Below, in pieces: positions 31,482 through 40,260 of a DNA stretch of 64,000 nt. The DNA comes from a virus, in IMG/VR virus record IMGVR_UViG_3300045988_042432; one strand, given 5' to 3'. The notes beneath the pieces are model-generated. The model had not been told where the DNA came from. It was given only the letters and a program-made list of their open reading frames with translations, and did no database searches. The position numbers were made by a program, and so were the translations under genes. Each line of letters begins with the position of its first letter. Position 1 is the first letter of the stretch.

Positions 31482-31937
31482 TTAACTACCTACAAGTATT
31501 TTAACATTACCAGTCTCTATATCGAGAGTAGCTTTCTCAAGCCATAAATCTTCTATACGATGTCCCCATATTCCATACTTACCTGGATTCTCCTTCTCTT
31601 CTTCGTAAATCCTTCTATATGCAAGGGTTATTTCATTTATTAAATCATTCAAATTGCGGCATTTAGCAGTGAATGTATACGGATTCTTTAATGGATAACT
31701 AATAGTTATATTTACTGTATGGTCTTTAAAGTAGTCAGCAGCGTTGCTAAATAGACTTACTGCACAGTTAATAGAGTATTTATGAATCTTTATATTTACT
31801 CCTTTAGGAAGCAACTCTTGTTCTTTCTCTATTGTGAATTTAGATGGAAGTCTGTTTATCACTTCCTGTACATCGAAGTCCTTGTCCCTATACACACTTA
31901 TCCCAGATTCTTTATGCTCCACATATATACAATACAC
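31482..31937 (-). CDS. hypothetical protein
   Basis: 151-aa ORF. Confidence 0.6.
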   Translation of the reverse strand: MYCIYVEHKESGISVYRDKDFDVQEVINRLPSKFTIEKEQELLPKGVNIKIHKYSINCAVSLFSNAADYFKDHTVNITISYPLKNPYTFTAKCRNLNDLINEITLAYRRIYEEEKENPGKYGIWGHRIEDLWLEKATLDIETGNVKILVGS

Positions 31938-31977
31938 TAGTCTATACTGACTATCTCCTCCACTTCATCAACATTAA

Positions 31978-32187
31978 TTAATCGCTTTCCCATTCTTCTT
32001 CTAATGTATTATATAATTTAATAAAATCTTCTCCTTTATATTCACATACACATTCATTATCCTTATTAAAGATAGTAAGCATGTGCATATCCTTAGATTG
32101 TCCATTGTCTACATAAGAATACATCCCGTGTACCAATACGTATTCGGGATGTTTCTCATTCCAGTTATTTACAAGTTCCTTCATCAC
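31978..32187 (-). CDS. hypothetical protein
   Basis: 69-aa ORF. Confidence 0.55.
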   Translation of the reverse strand: MMKELVNNWNEKHPEYVLVHGMYSYVDNGQSKDMHMLTIFNKDNECVCEYKGEDFIKLYNTLEEEWESD

Positions 32188-32425
32188 TAAGTGTTATTCC
32201 ATTACTAGCATAAGATATAAATGTACCTGTGTCATATGGTCTCCAGCCACTATTATCTCTACGTATAGTAGTTGTCTGTCCTACGTTAAATTGTGGAATC
32301 TCTACTATGTTATCAAGAACTCTAAATAAGTCCTCTATTGATAAGTTTGGAAGTATCTGATGTAAATTCTCTAATGTCTTTCTAACGTCAATCATAATAG
32401 TATATTTTAGCAAATTGTACATCAC
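32165..32425 (-). CDS. hypothetical protein
   Basis: 86-aa ORF. Confidence 0.55.
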   Translation of the reverse strand: MMYNLLKYTIMIDVRKTLENLHQILPNLSIEDLFRVLDNIVEIPQFNVGQTTTIRRDNSGWRPYDTGTFISYASNGITLSDEGTCK

Positions 32426-32627
32426 CTATACTAATATTAGGCAGTAGTACCTTGTGTAGTTCTGTAGATTCAAATGTATCTTTATATTCCCTAGGAACTA
32501 ACAGAGTATCAACATGATGTCCTCTAGATATTCTAGCTAGATAGGAGATTTTACTGTCATCAAAGTCTGTAAGTTCCAACATAATGGCATTATGATGCCT
32601 AGGACAATTTCCACTAAGTATTATCAT
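32388..32627 (-). CDS. hypothetical protein
   Basis: 79-aa ORF. Confidence 0.55.
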   Translation of the reverse strand: MIILSGNCPRHHNAIMLELTDFDDSKISYLARISRGHHVDTLLVPREYKDTFESTELHKVLLPNISIGDVQFAKIYYYD

Positions 32628-32629
32628 AA

Positions 32630-32788
32630 TTACTTCTCCTGTAGTAAGATTCTCATCTCTTCCTTCCAGTTCTTATACCACTGTTCATTAATAAGGTCTT
32701 CTGATTCAATTAATTCAATCAAATCCTTAGTGCCATTATGAATTTGGCTACATAAATACTGTGCTAATTGGTTCTTTAATTCATCCAT
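32630..32788 (-). CDS. small hypothetical protein (52 aa, not in the ORF track)
   Basis: Own translation: MDELKNQLAQYLCSQIHNGTKDLIELIESEDLINEQWYKNWKEEMRILLQEK. It fills the gap between its neighbours exactly. Confidence 0.45.
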   Translation of the reverse strand: MDELKNQLAQYLCSQIHNGTKDLIELIESEDLINEQWYKNWKEEMRILLQEK

Positions 32789-32793
32789 AATTA

Positions 32794-32991
32794 TTAGTCT
32801 TTAGTTTTAACATAAAGTTGGCAATGGCAAGTCCCTTCTTCCATTTCCCTAAACTCTTTACACATACATACTGTATCTTCATCTCTTACTAAAGAGCATG
32901 GACAATACTTCTTACCATACTTCTCTTTATTCCTTTTAAGTCCTGCTAGGACTGTTTCCTTTACTTCTTTATTATCAGTTACTTTAATCAT
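32794..32991 (-). CDS. small Cys-rich protein, ferredoxin-thioredoxin-reductase catalytic-chain-like motif (tentative)
   Basis: 65-aa ORF with CPC-x9-CMC-x11-CHC spacing. Confidence 0.4.
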   Translation of the reverse strand: MIKVTDNKEVKETVLAGLKRNKEKYGKKYCPCSLVRDEDTVCMCKEFREMEEGTCHCQLYVKTKD

Positions 32992-33635
32992 TGCGCTGAC
33001 GCTGTATACAGTTCTATGTTTAGGTCTATTTCCCCACCAGTAAATCTAAATACTCTACCAGAATTATTCATTTTGACCCACCTTCCAGATGAAGGGAATG
33101 TTACTCCTTCTGCCCAATTCTCAGATTGAGAATCTACTGCTAATGTAATTTGAGACACTTGCCTAAGCATCACGTATCCCTCAAAACGTATCCAAACAGG
33201 TGTATTATATGGGTCTTGGTTAGAAGGTGCTAATTTCTCTAAGTAATATTTAAGAGGATTTGCTAAAGTCTTAGTGTACGTTCGTTCTCCTTGCTCTAAT
33301 CTTGGAGTAATTGCAAAGTACATAGTATTGTCAGAATACGTAAACGGCTCTCCATTCACTGAACTCTCATTAACAAATGAGAAACGTACTCTAAATTGCT
33401 GTATATTATTAATTGGCATATCCTGCCAACCATAATGAAGGATTACATTTGGAGCAGTTATAGCTGCCTCTATACCTTCTAACTCCACTAACTGATTATC
33501 AGTATAACTAAATCCACTTTTAATCTGACATCCTAATTCAAGTGCTCTAGCTTTAGTACAGCACTTATTATCAATTACCGAGAGAGTCCCCCCCCCCATA
33601 GTCTTAGCTTCTAATTCTGTTGCTATTTTACTCAT
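32988..33635 (-). CDS. G-tract family member P5 (in frame through G10)
   Basis: 215-aa ORF MSKIATELEAKTMGGGTLSVIDNKCCTKARALELG...DNQLVELEGIE. Met-Gly-Gly-Gly is encoded by ATG+G9, seen as C10 on the plus strand. Confidence 0.75.
   Translation of the reverse strand: MSKIATELEAKTMGGGTLSVIDNKCCTKARALELGCQIKSGFSYTDNQLVELEGIEAAITAPNVILHYGWQDMPINNIQQFRVRFSFVNESSVNGEPFTYSDNTMYFAITPRLEQGERTYTKTLANPLKYYLEKLAPSNQDPYNTPVWIRFEGYVMLRQVSQITLAVDSQSENWAEGVTFPSSGRWVKMNNSGRVFRFTGGEIDLNIELYTASAQ
33588..33597 (-). repeat. homopolymer G10 (C10 on the plus strand)
   Basis: Read directly: GAGAGTCCCCCCCCCCATAG. Confidence 0.95.
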
Positions 33636-33864
33636 GGTTCTTGTATCGTTCTGTAATATTAATTAAATCCTTGTTGTCATGCAGTAACTCTAAGAAAGCC
33701 TTGTCTACTGCTATATCAAATGCAGTATTAGTAATGATTGGTTCTTTATGCACTCTCTCAATCTCTTCTCTAATCATTTGTTCAGATAATTGAGTGTATA
33801 ATCGTCTGGTATAATCATTATACCAAGGCTCTTTAAATGTTACTATAATTTCTTCTCCTGTCAT
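33628..33864 (-). CDS. hypothetical protein
   Basis: The track ORF starts at a TTG. The ATG at 33864 overlaps the stop of the upstream mini-ORF (ATGA). Confidence 0.55.
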   Translation of the reverse strand: MTGEEIIVTFKEPWYNDYTRRLYTQLSEQMIREEIERVHKEPIITNTAFDIAVDKAFLELLHDNKDLINITERYKNHE

Positions 33865-33971
33865 AAATATATTGTCTTTAGTAATCCAGGTAGGCAATAC
33901 TTCCAGCCTGGATATATGTATGCATTCCTATACAATGCTTCTTCTACTAATTCTACTTCTTGTGTTATCAT
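33861..33971 (-). CDS. 36-aa mini-ORF linked to both neighbours by ATGA overlaps
   Basis: Own translation: MITQEVELVEEALYRNAYIYPGWKYCLPGLLKTIYL. Confidence 0.35.
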   Translation of the reverse strand: MITQEVELVEEALYRNAYIYPGWKYCLPGLLKTIYL

Positions 33972-34279
33972 TGATTAGCCTTTGCTCTTGCTAAATAGTC
34001 TCTAGTTTGCCATCTGCCATCATATTCCATATCCCATGGAGCTACCTTATTTAGTATTTGTAGTAGCTCCTCACCACTTATAGAGTCTCTATGTTTGAGT
34101 GTATGAAGTATTTCATCCTTAAGGTTTCTAATATAGAAGTCTCTCATATGTATGTTAGCATATAATTCCTTTATATAATCCCTCATATACTCTGCTAATT
34201 CATAGTCATTAGTCTTTAATAATTCTAGAGCTCTCTGGTCTACATTATCATAATCACCTGGTATCTGTTCTAGTTTCAT
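33968..34279 (-). CDS. hypothetical protein
   Basis: 103-aa ORF. Confidence 0.6.
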   Translation of the reverse strand: MKLEQIPGDYDNVDQRALELLKTNDYELAEYMRDYIKELYANIHMRDFYIRNLKDEILHTLKHRDSISGEELLQILNKVAPWDMEYDGRWQTRDYLARAKANQ

Positions 34280-34650
34280 TGAAGTTTCTCTAAGTTCTTT
34301 ACTATCGTGAATAGCTCATCTGGTTCGAATGATGTGATATCATTAATAACATCAACCATATACTCTTTAACTTCATCTAGAGTCATTATTTTAAATTCAT
34401 CCTTAGATAGACCTTTAGTTTTGATAAATTTACTAAATATGTCTATAATCTGGACTAAGTTGTGCTTATCTTGTAAATAGAACTCACCCTTCTCTGGATG
34501 AGATGCTAATTTAAATATATCTGCATTGTCTGTAATTACTTGTTCATATTCCTCATCACTAAGAAGATTCATTAACGCTACAGCTTTATCATATAGCAAT
34601 TTAACTTCCTTCTCTTCATACTGCTTATTAATTCTATCAATATGTCTCAT
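34276..34650 (-). CDS. hypothetical protein
   Basis: 124-aa ORF. Confidence 0.6.
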   Translation of the reverse strand: MRHIDRINKQYEEKEVKLLYDKAVALMNLLSDEEYEQVITDNADIFKLASHPEKGEFYLQDKHNLVQIIDIFSKFIKTKGLSKDEFKIMTLDEVKEYMVDVINDITSFEPDELFTIVKNLEKLQ

Positions 34651-34652
34651 TA

Positions 34653-34907
34653 TTAGCGAATGTTATTATAAATGCAAGATAGTTGCATTAAATATTCAAT
34701 ACCAGCTCCATTAGCTAGTCCGTCTTGCAATTTATTTAATAATTCTAATTTTACATCTGTTGTTTTATTGTCTAACTTCACCCAGTTAGTTGCCTTTGAT
34801 TCATTACATCCTAAATCAGTATTTACTGGACATTCTGACAAACTAGTCTTTAATATTTTTACTTCATCTACTTCTTTACTTGTTAAGTCTTTAACTTCTT
34901 TAGCCAT
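34653..34907 (-). CDS. hypothetical protein (first gene of the leftward block)
   Basis: 84-aa ORF. Confidence 0.6.
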   Translation of the reverse strand: MAKEVKDLTSKEVDEVKILKTSLSECPVNTDLGCNESKATNWVKLDNKTTDVKLELLNKLQDGLANGAGIEYLMQLSCIYNNIR

Positions 34908-35040
34908 TGGTATAAATTTTAGTTATTGTTAATAATTCTGATTTAAGTTCGCAAATATATTATTATTTAATTTGACAATACAAAATTAGTTATATATTTC
35001 AATATTACCAAATGGTAATATAATTATTAATATATATTAT

Positions 35041-35252
35041 ATATTGCCAACTCAAATTCACAGTTAATATTAAGTATATTGCCAACTCGGAACTTCATGA
35101 CGTGCTGTGGCAATCTGCGCCCCTTCGGGGCTTGCTTGCAATTAGTAAGATGAATAGAAATTAATATATATTGCCAACTCACAAGTACGGGTGCTCAAAA
35201 TCACACCCCTCCCACTCCCGGGGTGGGTTGTCATATTATATATTGCCAACTC
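35041..35252 (+). repeat. four direct copies of ATATTGCCAACTC in the divergent intergenic region
   Basis: Exact copies at 35041-35053, 35076-35088, 35168-35180 and 35240-35252, with a partial copy at 35284-35290. GC-rich hairpins lie between the copies. Confidence 0.9.
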
Positions 35253-35560
35253 GGATGCTGGGTGAATATTGCAAGATTTGTGTATATTGCGGATACGACA
35301 GTCGTGTTACCCCTCACACCCCTCACCCATGTTTGGAGAAAATCAAAAGATTTATATCATTTGGTTTTGCTTTATAATATTCATTTTAAAATTATTAGCT
35401 TATGTACACTATTTTATCAAACGGTTTAGTTCGTGTCAATCTTACAGGTTGTTATATCACAATGTCAGAATATAAAGAACTAATTGCAAACGTATAAAAT
35501 TAAATCAAGAACGGGTAAATAAGCCCGTTCTATATTGTTTCACTAATAAATTATTAAACT

Positions 35561-36043
35561 ATGAATTTAGCAGAATTACAAGAAGTTAACAAGAAGTTAC
35601 CGAAAGCAAGCAAAAACGAAATTGCGGCAGCTTTAAACCGTTTGGGTGTGAATCCTGATTCTATCAAGGTAGGCGACAAATTGAAGTTTCCCGCTGAAAT
35701 TAACGAATTTAACGGAACAATCACAAAAGGAGTTGTGAACGGTAATACATTCTTTCAAGTTGCAGTAGAGGTTAACGGAACGGCAAGAAACGTGTCTATC
35801 AATTCTTTGTTCCGGTCTTTTAACGACCGTGAAAACAACAAGCGTATTACACCGGTTGACATTCTTCCAGAGGCGGACAAAGACAAATGTATTTTCAATA
35901 TGTTTGAAAATAAGACAATAGCGGAATGTCTTGCAGATTTACAAGGTACGGAAGTAACCGCAAAGGCGATAGAAACGTTTGAAAGCGTCGCAAGAGACGG
36001 CAACCAAATGAACGTAAATGTCATTGCATATTGCAAGGAATAA
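35561..36043 (+). CDS. hypothetical protein (first gene of the rightward block)
   Basis: 160-aa ORF. Confidence 0.65.
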   Translation: MNLAELQEVNKKLPKASKNEIAAALNRLGVNPDSIKVGDKLKFPAEINEFNGTITKGVVNGNTFFQVAVEVNGTARNVSINSLFRSFNDRENNKRITPVDILPEADKDKCIFNMFENKTIAECLADLQGTEVTAKAIETFESVARDGNQMNVNVIAYCKE

Positions 36044-36060
36044 CAAAGTACTTCTTATTG

Positions 36061-36099
36061 AAAGGCACATTTAGAAAGTCTATTTGTGTCTTTCTTTTT
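36061..36099 (+). terminator. rho-independent-type terminator
   Basis: AAAGGCACA-loop-TGTGTCTTT followed by CTTTTT. Confidence 0.55.
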
Positions 36100-36115
36100 A
36101 TCATGCTTATTCAGA

Positions 36116-36123
36116 TATATTTG
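36116..36123 (+). promoter_or_regulatory. Bacteroides-type -7 box TAtaTTTG
   Basis: TATATTTG lies 28 nt upstream of the ATG at 36151. Confidence 0.35.
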
Positions 36124-36150
36124 TTAGTATGTAGTTAGCTGAATAGTGAA

Positions 36151-36348
36151 ATGAAAGCGAAGAAATCAAAATTAAGAACTGTATTTGGACGTAATCGGAA
36201 CGATGCAATTCATGCAAATAATGGTATAATGTATAAACTGACAAATCCTCTGTTTGAGGAAGCAGTAGGCTATTATTTGCTTGAACAAATCTCCACTTGG
36301 AGTGGGACGAGATATAAAGTACTAAAGTACGTAGTTCAGACCGTTTGA
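36151..36348 (+). CDS. hypothetical protein
   Basis: 65-aa ORF. Confidence 0.5.
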   Translation: MKAKKSKLRTVFGRNRNDAIHANNGIMYKLTNPLFEEAVGYYLLEQISTWSGTRYKVLKYVVQTV

Positions 36349-36440
36349 ATGTGTAAAATGAATATTATTAAGAGTATGTAGGTCTGTGATAGATATGCAT
36401 ACTCACCTTTTGTTTGAGTTGACAATAATACTATATATTT

Positions 36441-36695
36441 ATGGACTACATCGAAGACGATTTCACAGATGCTCTAATTGATGCAATTTGTGAGAAATCA
36501 CCAAGCACTTGGTATACCTTAATAGGAGAGAACTTTGACCCAGACGAAGAGACAATAGTCAAGGAAGCTGACAATAAGAAGGACATTGAAGATGCATTTA
36601 ATGAAAGCAAAGACGACTTTGATTTATTATATGTAGTACTTAATGATGAATCTTATGCGGCATGTTCCAAAGGCTCTAAACTTATTTGGAAGTAA
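36441..36695 (+). CDS. acidic small protein
   Basis: 84-aa ORF. Confidence 0.55.
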   Translation: MDYIEDDFTDALIDAICEKSPSTWYTLIGENFDPDEETIVKEADNKKDIEDAFNESKDDFDLLYVVLNDESYAACSKGSKLIWK

Positions 36696-36706
36696 ATAAC
36701 GATTAA

Positions 36707-36733
36707 AACCTCATGGTGTATAGGTTAACCATG
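36707..36733 (+). promoter_or_regulatory. R-hairpin copy 1 (AACCT / stem / GTATAGGTTA loop / stem)
   Basis: Stem CATGGT/ACCATG; the ATG at 36731 lies in the 3' arm. Confidence 0.7.
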
Positions 36734-37030
36734 CGCACATTTATGGTATTCGAATACGTTCATTCAAGCGGAATTAAACTACGTCCAGCTAGACCTTTGA
36801 CTAACAGCATATTATACATTTACAATCCAATTGGCAACGAATGGATGCATTTGTGTAAAGAGGACATACATGGACATCTAGAGCTATTGACATGCTTTAG
36901 TAATGGTGCTACTATGTATCAAGTAATTGAAGGTCTTAAGAAGGTAGTAGAGTACTGGGGAGATGACTATCTCGTAGGTCGCAGAGACTTTTACAAAGAG
37001 ATTATAGACATCTATTCCTCACACCGATAA
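36731..37030 (+). CDS. hypothetical protein
   Basis: Track ORF 36713..37030; start moved to the ATG that follows the hairpin loop. Confidence 0.55.
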   Translation: MRTFMVFEYVHSSGIKLRPARPLTNSILYIYNPIGNEWMHLCKEDIHGHLELLTCFSNGATMYQVIEGLKKVVEYWGDDYLVGRRDFYKEIIDIYSSHR

Positions 37031-37268
37031 CATCACAGGGTTTAGCTCTTCTAAGTAGTTGCAAATGCTTGGAATCCTTTACGTGCAAAATGGACATAAT
37101 GCATGTATTGCCCAAATTAAAACGTTCCTGTTTCACGCGTTAAAGCAGGAGTCCATTATGGTTGTTTTAATTACATTAATCTTTAAGTTTTAAACAGCGT
37201 CCTACATTGTTTGTGGGTTTTGGTATGGCTCCTCTGCCAAGTAATGCGTACAAAGAGCCACTAATCAA

Positions 37269-37295
37269 AAACCTCACACTGAATAGGTAAAGTGT
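37269..37295 (+). promoter_or_regulatory. R-hairpin copy 2
   Basis: AACCT, stem ACACT/AGTGT, loop GAATAGGTAA. Confidence 0.7.
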
Positions 37296-37303
37296 ACATA
37301 GTT

Positions 37304-37591
37304 ATGAGTAAATACGATGATTATCACAGAGTTGACAATAGATATACCACAGCTATAGGAATGAGCGTGTGGAGATTCTTTAATATTGGCAAATATAAGA
37401 ATCAGAAAGTAAAAGACGTCTGTTACTCCAATCCATTCTATGTAGCATGGTGTCTGGAGAACTGGCAAGGATTCAGTCTTACTAGCTACGAACGTTCCAA
37501 TTACATGAAAGGATTAGAACGTCAGTTAGAGAAAGACCCTGAAGACCAAGAACTCATCTTAAAGGTGAGTAAATGTAAAACCATTGTATGA
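37304..37591 (+). CDS. hypothetical protein
   Basis: The track ORF starts at a GTG; first ATG at 37304 (MSKYDDYH...). Confidence 0.55.
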   Translation: MSKYDDYHRVDNRYTTAIGMSVWRFFNIGKYKNQKVKDVCYSNPFYVAWCLENWQGFSLTSYERSNYMKGLERQLEKDPEDQELILKVSKCKTIV

Positions 37592-37616
37592 TTATTTTTA
37601 CAGAAATGATATAGTC

Positions 37617-37774
37617 ATCCACCATAATGGGTACGCCCGGAGACTAATGCAGAGCATCTCTTATACCAAACAGTATCTTCCTTTAATACTGGAGAGATGT
37701 CTTATCGTGAGATAAGGCAAAGGAGTGTGGCACAGGAAGGTGGATTCCTTTACTTGTAATAATATTTTTGTTCG
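37617..37774 (+). ncRNA. candidate small RNA A1 (TAATGGGTACGC ... GCACAGGAAG ... TTTTTGTTC)
   Basis: ORF-free. Closing stem ATCCACC/GGTGGAT. Shares two boxes and a U-rich end with 41978-42044. Confidence 0.35.
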
Positions 37775-37888
37775 TTTTATTACAGCATATCCTCCCGTGA
37801 CGGGAGTGGCATCATGACTAAGCCTTTACGTGGCGATGCTATAAGTAAGTCAATAGACTGAAACTAATTAGTCATAATTAACCATTAA

Positions 37889-37915
37889 AGACCTCACAAC
37901 GTATAGGTAAGTTGT
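37889..37915 (+). promoter_or_regulatory. R-hairpin copy 3
   Basis: GACCT, stem ACAAC/GTTGT, loop GTATAGGTAA. Confidence 0.7.
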
Positions 37916-37923
37916 AGTAAATC

Positions 37924-38214
37924 ATGAAACAGTATTTTTATTTAGTGACTAAATTAGTAAATGGAGAACTGACTCCACTTAGAATCTTTTTGCAATATAA
38001 GCTAGCCATTAGATTTGGAAGAAATTACGCAACTAAACACCCATATGCTTTAGTAGGTTTACACAAACAAGTAATATCTAACAGTGCAGACATTACTTGG
38101 ATATGTAATCTATATCCTTGGAATCAGGTAGAACCAGACATGATTGAAGCGGAAGAGGAGGTAATGCTTGATATCCTTGCTGATAACAACATGCTTATTG
38201 ACCGTAAATCTTGA
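37924..38214 (+). CDS. hypothetical protein
   Basis: 96-aa ORF. Confidence 0.6.
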   Translation: MKQYFYLVTKLVNGELTPLRIFLQYKLAIRFGRNYATKHPYALVGLHKQVISNSADITWICNLYPWNQVEPDMIEAEEEVMLDILADNNMLIDRKS

Positions 38215-38244
38215 TTACATCATTAATAATTAACGTTTCACTAA

Positions 38245-38270
38245 AACCTTGCATTGTATAGGTAAAATGC
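38245..38270 (+). promoter_or_regulatory. R-hairpin copy 4
   Basis: AACCT, stem GCATT/AATGC, loop GTATAGGTAA; the ATG follows immediately. Confidence 0.7.
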
Positions 38271-39098
38271 ATGAAGATTATGGAATTATCACTTGTTAAC
38301 AAACTGAAACAATTACCAATCGAACCGACTTACGTGGTTACAGAGAAGAATGCCGACATATTGAACGGCCTTCATCTTCTTGAGACAAACAGGGAAATTA
38401 AGTCTAACAAGGTAAACGACCTAGTTAAGGCTATTCAAGAAGGGCTCTTCATTCCTCCTATCATTGTGTCTGCTGGAACATTCACTGTCATCGAAGGTGC
38501 TCACAGAACATCTGCATATAGAGAATGCTTGCGCAGAGGTATTCCCTTTACTATGAAGTTGTACTTGGTAAAGGATGTTGAAGCAACCGAAACGTGTATG
38601 CTTATCAATAACACACAGAAGAGTTGGAAGGCAAATGACAGACTCATATCATATGTCAAGCAAAAGAAGAGCTCATACATAATACTGAAATCCTTCATGG
38701 AGAAGCATTCTAAGTATTTCATGAAAGGTACAATGTATAACGTGACGGCAGCTCTAGCACTTCTAAGTCCTCTATCTTCTAATAATGCTGAAGCTGCATT
38801 CAGAGACGGCACCTTGGTTATTACGGAAGAAATGGTGAAGAAAGCTATGCCTACGCTTAATCAACTGAAACTTATTGGCGAAATCCTTGGTGCTAGAAGA
38901 GGTACAGGAGAGGCTGACTTGTCTCCGTTTAGGAGATATAGAATCAAGGATTGGATACGAGCCAGAGATATTATGAATATTTCTGTAGACCAGTTCATGA
39001 ATCGGTTGAAGCGTAGAGTCGATTCCGGTAGGTGGGAAGAACCTTCAGAAAAGAATTGGTTCAATTCTTACATAGAAGTGGCATCGTTAAAACGCTAA
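38271..39098 (+). CDS. ParB-like nuclease-domain protein
   Basis: 275-aa ORF with LFIPPIIVSAGTFTVIEGAHRTSAYRE, which fits the ParB/Srx N-terminal domain pattern. Confidence 0.55.
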   Translation: MKIMELSLVNKLKQLPIEPTYVVTEKNADILNGLHLLETNREIKSNKVNDLVKAIQEGLFIPPIIVSAGTFTVIEGAHRTSAYRECLRRGIPFTMKLYLVKDVEATETCMLINNTQKSWKANDRLISYVKQKKSSYIILKSFMEKHSKYFMKGTMYNVTAALALLSPLSSNNAEAAFRDGTLVITEEMVKKAMPTLNQLKLIGEILGARRGTGEADLSPFRRYRIKDWIRARDIMNISVDQFMNRLKRRVDSGRWEEPSEKNWFNSYIEVASLKR

Positions 39099-39124
39099 GG
39101 AGTATTACATTTCCATATTTTTAG

Positions 39125-39151
39125 AACCTGGCAGTGAGTAGGTTAACTGCC
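39125..39151 (+). promoter_or_regulatory. R-hairpin copy 5
   Basis: AACCT, stem GGCAGT/ACTGCC, loop GAGTAGGTTA. Confidence 0.7.
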
Positions 39152-39160
39152 AACTTATCT

Positions 39161-39673
39161 ATGACTAATGAATTAGCAGAGGAATACAGAGAGCTTAAAC
39201 GTAACTTAATACCCATATTGTTACAGACATGTGGTAAAGAGCGTTTATGTGATGCTGTAGACAAATGGTTATTAGTAAAATCCGGTATCAAAGTAATATC
39301 TAAATCATGGTATGAAGGTGGATTGCCTGGTAAAGAGTATGTGGTAATTAAGGATACTTCAGTACTTGCTAGCTATCCCTCTAAAGGTGCTAATTATGAA
39401 CATCGTCTTGCGAGGTATAGAGCCTACACTAAGGCATTTAACCATGTAAGAGAAGAAGGAATACCTTTGGCTCCTATACAGGTTGATAAATTTACCAAAG
39501 TACTTGTCAATGGAGTAACACTATGCCTTATCGGAACTTTTGAAGGTAAATCAGAGAATGACTTTATCAAAGAGATATCTGGTAAGGTTTACGTAAAGGC
39601 AGGTACTGATTCGGTAGATGTTATTAATCTACAAACTAGAAGAACTAAAAGATATAAAGTTCAGTACACATGA
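39161..39673 (+). CDS. hypothetical protein
   Basis: The track ORF starts at a GTG inside the hairpin; first ATG at 39161 (MTNELAEEY...). Confidence 0.6.
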   Translation: MTNELAEEYRELKRNLIPILLQTCGKERLCDAVDKWLLVKSGIKVISKSWYEGGLPGKEYVVIKDTSVLASYPSKGANYEHRLARYRAYTKAFNHVREEGIPLAPIQVDKFTKVLVNGVTLCLIGTFEGKSENDFIKEISGKVYVKAGTDSVDVINLQTRRTKRYKVQYT

Positions 39674-40014
39674 AACTATACTTTAACTATACACAGAACT
39701 TCATCCTTGCAGATTGTGAGGGTGAGGTTATTGATATGAGAACTGGTCAGCCCTCTGATGCCAAACTACAATCTCGTCTTAATAGCTACAAAGATGAAAC
39801 TACATCTAAGTGGATTCCTATTAAGGACTTGGGAGATTTGTATGATATGTCAGATAGTGATGTGACAGTTTCTGGCAGCTTAATCACGATGTCCATTGAC
39901 GGACACAAGGTTACAGCTAGACATAAGGTGTCAGCAGGAGTTAATTATGTACAACTGACTGGACACTTCCCTCGCTACTTCTGGAAAGGATTTGCTAACT
40001 TATTAACTAAGTAA
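39670..40014 (+). CDS. hypothetical protein
   Basis: 114-aa ORF with an ATGA overlap. Confidence 0.6.
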   Translation: MKLYFNYTQNFILADCEGEVIDMRTGQPSDAKLQSRLNSYKDETTSKWIPIKDLGDLYDMSDSDVTVSGSLITMSIDGHKVTARHKVSAGVNYVQLTGHFPRYFWKGFANLLTK

Positions 40015-40016
40015 CA

Positions 40017-40250
40017 ATGTTATCGCAGATACAATTTAGGAAACAGAGAATACCATGTACTCTCAATCATCAATCTGTTACTTCTCGTGAAGGTAAATTG
40101 CTTCTTGGGTTTGGAACTAACCAGCCCATGATGCAGCAAGCCGAAAGACAAATTGCTAAACATCAGGTTCCTTATGAGACATCTGATTTAAACGGCATGC
40201 TTTCAATCATTATCGATTATTCTATTATCAGCAGTGTAACAACAATCTAA
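40017..40250 (+). CDS. hypothetical protein
   Basis: 77-aa ORF. Confidence 0.5.
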   Translation: MLSQIQFRKQRIPCTLNHQSVTSREGKLLLGFGTNQPMMQQAERQIAKHQVPYETSDLNGMLSIIIDYSIISSVTTI

Positions 40251-40260
40251 CCTTTAAACA

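Noticed and set aside
35041-35252. Possible CRISPR array
   Set aside because: The repeats are only 13 nt, the spacing is irregular (35, 92 and 72 nt), and there are no cas genes. A promoter or iteron interpretation is preferred.
35171-35475. Three overlapping plus-strand ORFs (68 aa each) in the ORF track
   Set aside because: They overlap each other in all three frames inside the repeat- and hairpin-rich divergent control region. Their composition is odd and none has a start context. I treat the region as non-coding.
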